From positions 1-64,000 of the forward strand of contig CAJFCJ010000050.1 of the NCBI GenBank assembly GCA_904063045.1: a stretch of 64,000 bases of DNA, read 5' to 3'. This DNA comes from Dimorphilus gyrociliatus. Its lineage: Eukaryota > Animalia > Annelida. Every line of letters starts with the position of its first letter. Position 1 is the first letter of the stretch. The notes under the pieces were generated by a model. That model searched no databases. It saw only the letters and a program-made list of their open reading frames with translations, and was not told where the DNA came from. Of the stretch, positions 11,326-23,470 are shown in pieces. A program made the position numbers and the translations under genes.

Positions 11326-12029
11326 ATAAAATATTAAATATTCATTCATTGGCTATGACATTGGAAAACTGAAGAGTTATTTTACAGTTTGAGCTGTGAG
11401 GGAATAAATTATCTACAGGTTAGGTTCACTTTTTGTGAGTTATCTTTGGTCTCATCTGTGGTATCATTAGTAGTTAGTGACTACTCTTTGTTTCTGTTTC
11501 GTCTTTTTTCTAATGTTGTGGAAAATTACAAAAGAGACAAATGGCTACTTCAATGCTCAAACTAATGTTTTGCAAGAAAATGTAGAGTGTTTTTTCATGG
11601 TGGTAGTACCAATGATTAAAAATTTTCTTGATTGGTTAGATACTTGGGCATTTTTTTCTGCAACTGTTACTATGTTATCAAACTGAATTTGATTTTGTTC
11701 TTGTAAACTGATTGCCTACTGTATTCTGGATTATTGATATCTTTCTTTATCCCATGGTGGAGTAAATATTCAAAAGATGTAGAAAAAATTTGAAAAAATG
11801 AATCATACAACTCGGATGTCCAAATTGGATTTTTTTAAAATAGATATATCAAAATTTCTGTTGGGGAAATAAATCGTAAACTCAAAAGCCTATGTAAGAA
11901 AAGACAATGTCATTCAGCCAAATTATATTTCAATTAGTCATCCTAAAAGTTCCACTTTCATTACCAGTAAAAATTTGGCCAAGTTTTAAGTGAATTAACC
12001 CTTCTAAATCCTATGCTACTGCAGAACAT

Positions 12030-12377
12030 GAACTGGACACTTTATCAACTGCAAGGTGATGATTGGAAACTAGACGAGAGCCTCACAGTATATAAACCTT
12101 CACTGTTTTATTCAAATCATCGTATCTCAATCTAATCATCTGAGAAGATCATCTGGAAACAACCGCAGCTTGAACAGTCTGTCTAATTTTCAATGTTATA
12201 TGGTAGTTTGGTATTTTTGCAACCTACTTTTACAAACTGTCTACTCTGCTATTGAACTTTCATATTGTTACTTTCTTAAGTATTTTATTATAAATAAATC
12301 ATCTGAATTATACATTTGAGTAGATCAGTACTTTTGTAACTTGCAAACACATAAATTGGCCAAGCAGGAGCAGTACA
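12030..12377 (+). repeat. Old diverged LTR related to family A
   Basis: Matches LTR A segments (GTGATGATTGGA, ATCTGGAAACAACC, CTACTCTGCTATTGAAC, TAACTTGCAAAC) and ends in GAGCAGTACA. Confidence 0.75.
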
Positions 12378-13524
12378 GTAACATTAATTTTCACAAAATT
12401 CCATTAGATAAATTAATATTTTCTATTAAAAATATTGTAATCAACAATTTTATTGACGCAAATTGAAATTTAAGTTATGTACGGAATATTTAAAAATATA
12501 CAGTATATACAATATTGCTATGAATAGAAATTATCTTTTTTTTTCTTTTTTTACCAATTAATTATTTCTTTATTCTAAAATGAATTAAAGTTAATTTAAA
12601 AGTGAAAATGAAACTTGAAAAGAAAATGACAAGACAAATGACTGATATTTTCAGCAATGGACTATTAATAAAAAAGAAAGACAAATTTAAGGATGTTATT
12701 CAACTATATTCAAATTATAGTTATTCTGTTAATTAATCATCTTTATCTTCCAATTGAAATCTATATCACTTATTCAATCTTTAATAAGATTAAATATTTT
12801 ATCTCACCTTTGAAAGAAAATCAATTTTCAATTTTTGGAAATTAAAATGTAATACAATTACTTGATAATGAAATATTTTCAGTTTTGTATACAACTTCTA
12901 AAAATTTTCAAAACAATGATATATGTTCAACAATGGGTTATGAAAATATGTTTAGTATATCTAACATTTGTATTAGAGGTAGTTTTCTTTTTACAAATAG
13001 AAAACAATCAAACTATTTAAAAATTTCATCTATGTTTTAGATGTAAAAGAGCAATTTGAAAAAAACTGATGTTTATAAATGAGGTTCAATTGTTTGTATC
13101 TATATCAATTATTTCCTTCCCTATCCTTCTCTCTCTCATAAACTTTTAGAATTGAGGAAAATCATAAAGTACAAGTTATAAAAGCTCTGTTTGTATTTTA
13201 ATTTTTGCTTTTTCATCTGTCTATTTATATATGATTTTCACATACACTTAGAAATTTTATGATATATTTTCTTTTAGTCAATTTTATCCTCTGGTGAAGT
13301 GTGAGCAAAATGCTCGGCAAAGTATTTATGATATAAAAACTACTTCTTTTTTTGATGATTATTTAAAATTCTTTTTACTTTGAAAAACAGCATGTAAACA
13401 CAATAATGCGTTTCTCCTGCAAGAATCTTGCTTTTATCTTTTTGAAAGTGACAAGAGAGAATCTGTTGAGGATATTGATGATTTTTGTACAATTGATTTT
13501 TCTAATTTGCCCTAATTCTAATCC

Positions 13525-13924
13525 TAACGATTATTCGTGATGGGCTGTTGATCTTGGAGATATTTATTCAATATCAAGTGTATGTTTGTTAATTGGGAAA
13601 ATTGTATATTTAAGTTAATTGTGCCTAGCACAAGGCATAGACTGTTATTATTTTTCATATCATTCCCAGTTTTTTCTATCGGGTGTTATAATTTGTAAAT
13701 TTGATCTCATTGTGGGAAATTCTTTAATAGACCAGAATTTTCTATGTAAAAGGGTAGAAGAACCAGTTCCAAATCCTTTAACATCTACTGACTATAGGGA
13801 CAGCCTATTCATCTTAGAAAAGATATGCAATGGAATTGAAATCTCCAATAATTCTCAATCACCCAGTGCCAAATATTTTGTTCAATGTTCTGATGCAAAA
13901 AAAAGTGTCCCAGAAAAAAAATGA
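13525..13924 (+). pseudogene. Degenerate paralogue of the F-type-lectin-like exons at 7742-8160
   Basis: WAVDLGDIYSISSVCLL and FDLIVGNSLIDQNFLCKRVEEPVPNPL align to WVVDLGDIYSVSNVCLL and FDIILGNSLTEQNALCQRVEDIVVNPL; a TGA replaces a Trp codon. Confidence 0.7.
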
Positions 13925-14094
13925 AACAGTCACTAGGTCAGTTTTCAGAGTTAGGGTTTTATAAACAGTTATATTCAAAAGCGTGTATTACAATGATCAT
14001 ATTGCAATACATGTTAAACTTTTCTTCTTGTCTAGACAAGTTAGGGCTAATTTTTGCTTTTATCAAAGGTTAGCTTATCAAGTAATAGTTCATG

Positions 14095-14178
14095 TCCTGT
14101 AGGTCACTAGATTTTAGAAATCCTATATCCTTATTTAGATTTATATAGAATGCTTAAAAAATCTAGTGACCTACAGGA
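14095..14178. repeat. Perfect 21-bp inverted repeat with a 42-bp spacer (MITE-like hairpin)
   Basis: TCCTGTAGGTCACTAGATTTT (14095-14115) and AAAATCTAGTGACCTACAGGA (14158-14178). Confidence 0.85.
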
Positions 14179-14439
14179 TTGGTAAAAAAATTTCCAATTT
14201 TATTTTCAAGATAAAAAGTCATTGATAACTCACATGAGGGTTATTCTTTTTATAAGATATTTGATTGAAAATGTGTTAAGACAATTATTAAAACAGTTGA
14301 TTTATATTTAGGAAGGTTAGCAGCAAGAAACATTTGGAATAAAATCCATTATTGGTTTATCAGTAAGGGTAACAACACCAAAACTGTATGTTTTTTTTAA
14401 TGACATCCAAAAAAACGTTAGAGAATTTAAAGGAATCAT

Positions 14440-15583
14440 TTAACCTTTACATTTTCTCCCATAAATAGTGGAAATCGGCCATGTGACCTCAAAAGTTGTG
14501 TCATTACTGAAGTGCTTATCATTCTGTATTTCTTCAAGTCTATATAGAACATGTAACAAAACAAATTATCTTTTTTCATTAGTTGTTTGATTCTAAACTT
14601 ACAAAGTTCTGTTTTCTTCTAATGTATCTGAATGATATTTATCTTTGTATGCCTTATATAAAGTTTTAGTTTTGTAAAAACCAGCAAATTTATCAAAAGT
14701 CAATTCTTTAGTCATCATTACTGAATTATCTCTATAAGAAAAGAAATGAATTAGCAATGCTGAAGTAAATGCTATATAAAAATACTTTGTTACATCTTCA
14801 AATGGCATTTCAAGATTGTGATAGTTGTCAAAAAGAATCTTAATTTCTTTTGGAGCTTCATAAGCTATTTTATTAAAAACCTATTTAAAAAAAGATCCTT
14901 TTAAATTGTTATATAATGAAAAATAATGTCTATAAATCTTTCTTACATTGGTAAAAAATAAGTTTAGATGATGATTCAAGGGTTTGGGCAATCCAGTTAT
15001 AAAAGATTTAGAGTAGGCAAATATTGCTAGGCAACCACCTGGTACAAGAACTCTTTTAACTTCTGCATAAAACTCTTCAATTGGATTAAACCAATGAATG
15101 GTGGTTCCGCAAATTACTAATGAAACCGAATTGTCTTCAGCAGGTAATTCCTTAAAAGTTCCAACTCTATATGGTATTATTATTATTTAAATAAATTTTT
15201 TAAAGACATGACTATATTTTGTCTTCAACTTACACATATTCAACATTTTTGAAAACGTTATTTTCCCTTCCCTTTAATATCTGATCTTCACTGACATCAA
15301 TACCAATAACTTTTTCAAAAAATGGAGCAACACATCCTACACTTTGCCCAGATCCACATCCAACATCTAATTCTAATTTCCTTGGTAAATCTTTTGGAAG
15401 CTTTTAAGAGAAAAAAGTTTCTTTATATAAAAAAAATGCTTAAGAAAATTAAGAGACAAAAAATATATCAACTTTTTCATCCAAAAATTCAAGAATACTT
15501 TTACTCAAAGATTCTGGATAGGATGGCCGAAAACTACTGTAGTTCTTAGCAGCATTTTCTCCTTTAAAATGACTGTTCTCCAT
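14440..15583 (-). CDS. Class I SAM-dependent methyltransferase (Methyltransf_11-like), 6 exons
   Basis: Hand-spliced in frame: MENSHFKGENAAKNYSSFRPSYP..|..ELDVGCGSGQ..VIGIDVSEDQI..|..LPAEDNSVSLVICGTTIHWF..FYAEVKRVLVPGGCLAIFAY..|..YHNLEMPF..|..|..EVTWPISTIYGRKCKG*; GT-AG introns with matching phases. Confidence 0.9.
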
Positions 15584-16713
15584 TTTTTCTGTTTTGAGAA
15601 TGTAGCATGAATTTGATGCTTATATAAAGTTCTCTTGTGAAATGAGGCGTATAACAAACTTTTATTAAACAAATTATTTACCTATAATGTTAAACTAGAG
15701 CAAAGTTTTAATTGTTCATATTCAAGTGATGTCGAGAAAGCCTAATCCAATATCACGCATTTTTTTAAACTAGATCTCTCCCATTAAATAAAAAGATACT
15801 ATATAATAGACATGTCTCACTTCTGAAGGTGACTTTCAAAAAAAGTTACAAAGTCATTCATATGTAATGATATATATATATACCCTAAATAGGGTGAATT
15901 TTAAGTTTTTTCAAGTTAAAAATGACCTGAATTCTCCTCTTTCCAGGACAAGATTGTAAAATTAAGTGGAAAACTGAATTTTTGACACGACTAAAAAAGT
16001 ATAATACAATCATTGTTAAAATGTAAGGATATGATGTTCAAAGACTATAAAAAATGCTCTGGATTTTACTTACTCTTCGTGACTAAGTTTTAAGCGTGAG
16101 GATATCGAAGTGAGTTTTATACAGAGCTTTAAAGGAGTTTTCAGGAGAAAACTACTTAAAGAATTTGTTTTTGTTATAATAAAGATTTTAGTAATTTTTG
16201 TTAAATTATAGATGAAAAGCAAACTACAAATTCTGCCTACATTAGTTCATTTGAAACCTGTTTTTTTTTAAAAGAAGATTTAATTCAAGAAATTTCTGAA
16301 TCAATGGTTAACAATAGCATTGAGTTCACTTGAGTCACAATACTATTTTAGGACAAAATGCTAGTCTACACTTGTCTTCTATTTGGTAAGTCTAAAAGTG
16401 TAGACTATGAAAGGGACTATTGAAAAATAAACTTAATTTAAAAAAATTCACAAAATGCTTGTTCATAAATCTTTAATTATGTCATAAGTATGTCTAATTG
16501 GTTGCAACAGAAAACATTTCAAAATGTATGGTTTAACTCTAACCCTAGCCTGGCTCTTGTCTCTCCCTAAGCTTTTTGATTACCCTTAACCCTTAGATGG
16601 AACTCCCCTAACTACAAAAAACAGTAGCTACTTTGTTCCTCCTAAACATTGTTCAATCCGAAATGATATTTCAAATATCTCACTTGGGGACATTTTCTGT
16701 TGGCCCCGTCTAT

Positions 16714-16910
16714 TTAGCTCTGTATTCCCAATTATTGTCAATGCAAGTTTGCCACCTGGCAGGAATCATATCAATTCCTTTGGCAAAGTATTCAGGCAGT
16801 TTGCACCTAAAAAGTGCCATTACTCCTTTTTTCAATTCATCATCATTCTGATGATTTTGGGGAGTTTATAGACTGATATCTGATCTGGCATTGTCATGTG
16901 GTAAAATCAC
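16714..16910 (-). mobile_element. Mariner transposase remnant, internally deleted
   Basis: Minus strand reads VILPHDNAR and, after a deletion, EYFAKGIDMIPARWQTCIDNNWEY, the mariner C-terminus. Confidence 0.75.
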
Positions 16911-17178
16911 ATGGCTATTAGGCCTAATTCTATTCATTTTTTTTTGAATTTTTAGAAGGCTCCTAATATAGAGTATTTATAAAGGTAAAGGAAACTGACT
17001 GTATTGATGTTCATCAAGATGATAGTATAGTGACTCAAGCGAACTCAATGCTATTGTTAAGCATTGATTTAGAAATTTCTTGAATTAAATCTACATTTAA
17101 AAAAAAAACAGGTTTCAAATTGTACACATACATTCGTCAGCTATATTCTACAATAGAGAAGTAGTATTGAACCAGTAT

Positions 17179-18055
17179 TGTACTATGCAGATAGCACTGA
17201 TAAAGATAAGCAGTAGTGACCTAGTTTCGCATAGGGCAGTGCATACACGTTATGCAGTAATAAAACCTATTGAATTATATAAAGAATATTTGCTATTTGC
17301 AACCTAGCATTAATATTACAATTTATTAATCCATAAATTTATGATTTCGAACTAAAACTAGTTGAATTAATTATCAATTATGCTTAAATTCTAAGTTTAG
17401 ATTATATTCACTATTCAACAGTATTGTATACACAATACTGTTCTTGTTAACATGCATTAATCAGATATACTTCCTCCTTATATGCTCATGCTAAATTTAC
17501 TAACTCAATCAATTGAATATCATTATTAAGGTAGAATATAAAAACGGTCAAATATACAATCTACATGTTTTCTTGATTGTTGGACTTGTCCTACTAAAAT
17601 TGTTACATCTTATGCAACTCTCCAACCTTCGAAATTCAACTATTATTTAGAAGAGGAAAACAATAAAAACATGACCATATTTAGAACTTTTCTTTGTCTT
17701 CAAATGTTACTTTTGTTTTTGTGAACATTGAAATTTGTGAACTATCAACCCTTAAAAGAGTATATAAACCCTACGAAATTAACAGTTGATAGTTCAGTTT
17801 TCTAACCATCAGCTAGTTGTTTAAACTAGCTTGTTTAGAACTAGAAGCTCATTTTACTCAATACATATTCTTTGGACGAAATACTGGTGTTTTGTTGATC
17901 AATTTCTACCGAAATTGCCTTTGTTAGACTATTTGTGGACAAACTTTAAAGGTTCTATTTGGACCAGTACTTTGGCAAGTTGGTAAATGATTGGAAAGGA
18001 CGATTACAGTTGTGACGAACCAGAAATTCCTACAATTACAATACAACAAAGTACA
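17179..18055 (+). repeat. Repeat family B (about 0.85 kb, LTR-like), copy 1
   Basis: High identity to 22629-23470 from ACCTAGTTTCGC to CAACAAAGTACA; ends in GTACA; possible TGTAC start at 17179; TATATAAA box near 17760. No TSD found. Confidence 0.8.
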
Positions 18056-18134
18056 CAAATGAACTAATGTAGGCAGAATTTGTAGTTTGCTTTTCATCTA
18101 TAATTTAACAAAAATTACTAAATCTTTATTATAA

Positions 18135-18611
18135 TGTACAACCTTGGTTATATTTAACATGCTTGAACTCTACTATTTTATGCAACTTATACATGTACAT
18201 CTTAAGAAAATGCTATAACATTGGCCAAACATAAGTCTGATTAGTCAGCTTCAAGGCTCATCTTTAATTACCAATAAAGGTTTGACCAAGTTATAATTTA
18301 ATTAACTTGCCTAGGGTGTGGCCAAGTTATAATTCAATTAACCTTCCTAAATGTTCAACCTTGTAACATCCTCTTACTAAACATAAATATGAACTACACA
18401 TTTCGGCAACTGTAAAGTGATGATTGGATGTCAGAGGCAAACCTCAGAGTATATAAATCTTCATTTTTCTCATTCAGCATGCAGCTTCCATCTGGACCCA
18501 AGGACCTGGGAAGATAACCTGGAAACAACCTCTACTGGAACCATCCATCTACTCCTCAACATTGGAAGACAGTTTGGTAATTTTGCAACCTGCTATTACG
18601 AACTATCTACT
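18135..18611 (+). repeat. 3'-truncated LTR A
   Basis: Starts TGTACAAC and follows LTR A to AACTATCTACT, where it abuts MULE coding sequence. Confidence 0.9.
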
Positions 18612-20193
18612 AGGAATGAATATCATATTCAGCTCAAAGTTTTTATCATTGGGTACAATAGGCCTGTTCTTCCTTCTATTCCAATTTGCCACTTCTTTAC
18701 AATTAATTATATTTGATAAGTTTGAAGCACTAGAATACTTGACCAGAACATTTACAGCAATTCTTTTACCTGAAGAATTGATATCACTAGAACAATTGTC
18801 TTTGATTTCATTTCTTATACGAATCCTGGTTTTTAAATTTTTTATTGGTGAATGACAATGAATGTTTGTCCCAATTGCAAAATTGCTTCCTTTTTGATTG
18901 ATGCTTGCTTTACATTTTCTTTTTTTTCTTCTGACAGAACAAGTCCATACAGTAGTTGTTTTTGTTTTTCATTTAATAGTATATGAAAAACCTTTGTGAA
19001 ACAGTAAGTCTTTGCCTTTTTGACTTCCATGTGGCAGAATTTTAAAATGAAAATCATCAGAAGAATTTTCTTTGGCAGATGTTCACTTCAAAAGATTCTT
19101 CCTCAATTTTGCAGATTCTATATGTGCATTTTGAATTGTTTCAAAATTTTCAACTTCAATTTCATTATCATATTCAATGTCACTTCCATTAATGATATTT
19201 TCTTTGCCAACCATACTTTCATCTGAAATGTCATTGCTACTCCAAGATAAAGATAATCTCAATTCATCTGTGAATTCTTCAGTACTTTTTTTTGTCCTTG
19301 ACTAATCTCTCCTTTCTCTTCCACATATAATTTTTCCTCCTTTATCTTGTTATTGTTCTCAATATTCTTTTCCAAAAAATCAATTTTTTTTTCTTTTTCC
19401 TCATTAGGTTTTACAATAGAGTTAATATTCTTTACAACACATTCCCTTTGTTTTTCTGGATCATCAATTCTCTTTAACATCACCAAACATGATATTTTAG
19501 TTATTTTAAAACAACTCAAATAGAGTGGTGATTCTGTTGATGAATCTATAAGAAAAAATATTAAATATGTGTTTTTCAAAAACAGATAAGACAAACCTTG
19601 CAGACATTTTATATGACAAATATGCAGACACAATGAGCATTGGCCTTTTATTTGCCTACCAACAAATTTATCATTGCAAATAGAACAATTGTCCATTATT
19701 CAATATTTTTTTCTAAAATATTCCAGAAAAAGTGCTAAATTAAAATTAATAAGTTAATTGGTGATATCACTATTATCATTATTCATATAGCAATTAGTAT
19801 TATGACAATAACATTGAAAAAAAAAATCATTAAGAAACAAAATTGCTAAATTTATGTTTAGATTGATTATTAATAAAATAATCAACAATTTTTTAATCAC
19901 AAAGATTAATGAAAACAACAAAAACTTTAAAAATTTTAAATTTCATATTACCTCAAGAGAGTGAAAATAGAAAAGAAAGTTGACATTTTGTATCTCTTTT
20001 CCTGAAGATTTTTTCATCTCTACCAGTTTTTATAACCATTCTGTTAATTTGTTTTTCAACATATATTTACACTTAAATGAAATTTATTTTAATTTTATGT
20101 TTTCTTTTGGTTCATGGACATTTTCTTTCAGTTTATGGACATTCTGTTTTGGTTTATGGATGTTTTCTTTCATGGACGTTTTCTGTCACATCC
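18612..20193 (-). mobile_element. Truncated MULE (PHD + FLYWCH + start of transposase) with one TIR
   Basis: TIR GGATGTGACAGAAAACGTCCATG with 21-bp subrepeats ends at 20193; PHD ORF MDNCSIC..CSLC..HIKC; degenerate FLYWCH KGKDLLFHKGFSYTIK*..WTCSVR; NEIKDNC..SSGKRIA..ANWNRRK aligns with ORF 49285-50028. Confidence 0.85.
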
Positions 20194-20247
20194 TTTCTTC
20201 AACATTCTTTCAATAATAGTTTTTTATAAACATCAATAAAGGAAGCT

Positions 20248-20502
20248 TCAAGACAAAGAAAAGTTGTAAATATGCTCATGTTTTGATTATTTTTCTCTTC
20301 TAAATAATAGTTGAATTTTGAAGGTTGGAGAGTTGCATAAGATGTAACAATTTTAATAGGACTAGTCCAACAATCAAGAAAACATGTGAATTGTTTATTT
20401 GACCAATTTTATATTCTACTTGAACAATGAATTTAATTGATTAAGTTAGTAATTTTAGCATCAGCATATAAGAGGAAGTATATCTGATTAATGCATGTTA
20501 AG
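20248..20502 (-). repeat. Repeat family B, internal fragment, inverted
   Basis: Reverse complement of about 17445-17700; abuts an N at 20504 and truncates the LRR gene. Confidence 0.85.
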
Positions 20503-20503
20503 T

Positions 20504-22369
20504 NAGCAAATTTCCAATCTCCATACATTGTTTTTCATTTGAAATACACCAAAATAAATTAAGATTCTTCAAAGTATTTGATGAATTTTTGAGTCCCTTG
20601 AAAATGCTCAATATACCATTACCCATCTCTCTATTCCAAGATAGATTTAATGTTTCTATTCCAGAAAAATATTCTAGCATATTTCCAATCGTATTACTTT
20701 GTGCTTCATTTAATACACAGTCCTGTAAATGAAGATTCTTCAAAGTCTTTGCTGACTCTTTGAGTCCCTTGAAAATACTCAATATACCATCACCCATCTC
20801 TTTATTCCTACATAGGTCTATTGTTTCTATTTGGGAGAAATGCTGCAAGCAATTTCCAAGCATAATACCGTTGTACAACTTTGGTTATATTTTACATGCT
20901 TGAACTCTATTATTTTATGCAACATATACATGTACATCTTAAAACCTACGCAAGAAAATGCTATAACATTGGCCAAACATAAGTCTGATTAGTCAGCTTG
21001 AAGGTTCATCTTTAATTACCAATAAAGGTTTGGCCAAGTTATAATTTAATTAACTTGCCTAGGGTGTGGCCAAGTTATAATTCAATTAACCTTCCTAAAT
21101 GTTGAACCTTGTAACATCCTGTTACTAAAGATAAATATGAACTACACATTTCGGCAACTGTAAAGTGATGATTGGATGTCAGAGACAAACCTCAAAGTAT
21201 ATAAATCCTCATTATTCTCATTTGGCATGCAGCTTCCATCTGGACCCAAGGACCTGGGAAAATCATCTGGAAACAACCTCCACTGGAACCATCCATCTAC
21301 TCCTCAACATTGGAAGACAGTTTGGTAATTTGGCAACCTGCTATTACAAACTATCTACTCTGCTATTGAACTCTCATATTGTTACTTGCTTAAGTATTAT
21401 TATTGCGAATAAACCATTTTAATTTAAACATTTGTTTAAAGGTTCGAGTAGAACCAGTATTGTTATAACTTGCAAACGCATAGATTTTGCCAGCAAGAGC
21501 AGTACACCGTGCTCTTTCTTTAAATCACACCTACATAAATCAATATTCTTTAGAGTATTTGTCGACGTTTGAAGTCCCTCAAAAATTGTTGATATTCCTT
21601 TACCAATATGTGTATTCCAGGAGAGATTTATTGTTTCTAATTTGGAACAATGGCCTATTAAATCTCCAATTGTTTTACTTTGGTTTTCATCTAAGTTACA
21701 ATCTTTTAAATCAAGATTCTTCAAAGTCTCTGATGAGCTTTTAAGTGCTGCAAAAACATCCTGTAATCTATTATTAACTTCCTCCAAATTACATTTCTTC
21801 AAGTTCGAATTACTTTTACAAGTCATATCTCTTCCAGACATTTGACTTTCTTTTTCTGGCTCATTTTTACTGGCTATTTTTCTAAGTATCTCAAACTCAT
21901 CTTGTAATTCTTTCATTGCCTTTTTTTCACGTTCATTAATTTTGCTTATGATATCGGTTTTACAGTCATCTTCTTCACACAGAATACTATTTAACTTTTC
22001 TTTATGTTGTTTAAATTTTTCCATTGAAAATACTCTACAATTCTCATGCTTGTTATCCAAACATAAAGCACATAGATTTTCAATATTGTGTGTTAAACAA
22101 TACATATTCACAGGCTCCCTGTGATTTTCACATTGATTTTTGCTGTTTTGTAGATATTGATTAGACTTATTATTTCTATTTTCGATTTCTATCCCTTGTC
22201 TGAATTCTGAACAATTGGTATAATCCTTGTTATCTAGTAAATGTTGAACATATCTAAAACAGCATGTTTGTCGATTAGGAAATATTGTTGCACACTTTCC
22301 AATAAAAGATTCTGAGTTCTTTTCACATTCTAATTTATCTTCACTGGTGGCATGTTTATTGGCATCCAT
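20504..22369 (-). pseudogene. TRIM-like degenerate RING / B-box2 / coiled-coil / RNI-type LRR gene, split by a solo LTR and 3'-truncated
   Basis: B-box CENHREPVNMYCLTHNIENLCALCLDNKHENC; LRRs (LKNLDLKDCNL, LETINLSWN). Removing the LTR and one TSD restores DLKKEHG-IMLGNCLQHF in frame. Confidence 0.85.
20872..21506 (+). mobile_element. Solo LTR A with 4-bp TSD CCGT
   Basis: 635 bp TGTACA..AGTACA; CCGT at 20868-20871 and 21507-21510; no difference from 5645-6279 in the stretches compared. Confidence 0.96.
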
Positions 22370-22628
22370 TTTGAAAGTGAACAAATGCAAATACGTCAGT
22401 TAAAATACTTTTGATAGGAACATTTAAGGCTGTTTTCATTGTGGAACACTAACCAGTTTATCAATATTAAGATCCTGAAATTTACTAATAATCATAACAA
22501 TAAATTTGAAGCTTTTTACCAACATTACACAAAAGCTAAAAATACATTAGCTAAAGCACCTTTGGACAAAATGTTCCCGAATCAGAATATTTATATATCA
22601 TTTTTTCAATGCCTTGTCAAACTATTAA

Positions 22629-23470
22629 CACCTAGTTTCGCGTAGGGCAGTGCATGCACATTACACAGCAATAAAACCTATTAAATTATATAAAGAAAAT
22701 TTGCTATTTGCAACATAGCATTAATATTACAATTTATTAATCCATATATTTAGGATTTTGAACTAAAACTAGTTGAATTAATTATCAATTATGCTTAAAT
22801 TCTAAGTTTAGATTATATTGACTATTCAACAGTATTGTATACACAATACTGTTCTTCTTAACATGCATTAATCAGATATACTTCCTCTGCATATGCTGAT
22901 GCTAAATTTACTAACTCAATCAATTCAATATCATTATTAAGGGAGAATATAAAAATGGTCAAATATACAATCTACATGTTTTCTTGATTGTTCGACTTGT
23001 CCTACTAAAATTGTTACATCTTATGCAACTCTCCAACCTGAGAAATTCAACTATTATTTAGAAGAGGAAAACAATAAAAACATGACCATATTTACAACTT
23101 TTCTTTCTTTGTCTTCAAATGTTACTTTTGTTTTTGTGAACATTGAAATTTGTGAACTATCAACCCTTAAAAGAGTATAGAAACCCTACGAAATTAACAG
23201 TTGACAGTTCACTTTTCTAACCGTCAGCTAGTTGTTTAAACTAGCTTGTTTTGAACTAGAAGCTCATTTTACTCAATACATATTCTTTGGATGAAATATT
23301 GGTGTTTTGTTGATTAATTTCTACCGAAATTGCCTTTGTTAGACTATTTGTGGACAAACTTTAAAGGTTCTATTTGTTTGAGTACTTTAGCAAGTTGGTA
23401 AATGATTGGAAAGGACGATTACAGTTGTGACGAACCAGAAATTCCTACAATTACAATACAACAAAGTACA
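22629..23470 (+). repeat. Repeat family B, copy 2
   Basis: Collinear with 17219-18055; ends in CAACAAAGTACA, followed by a short duplication AATACAAAGTACA. Confidence 0.88.
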
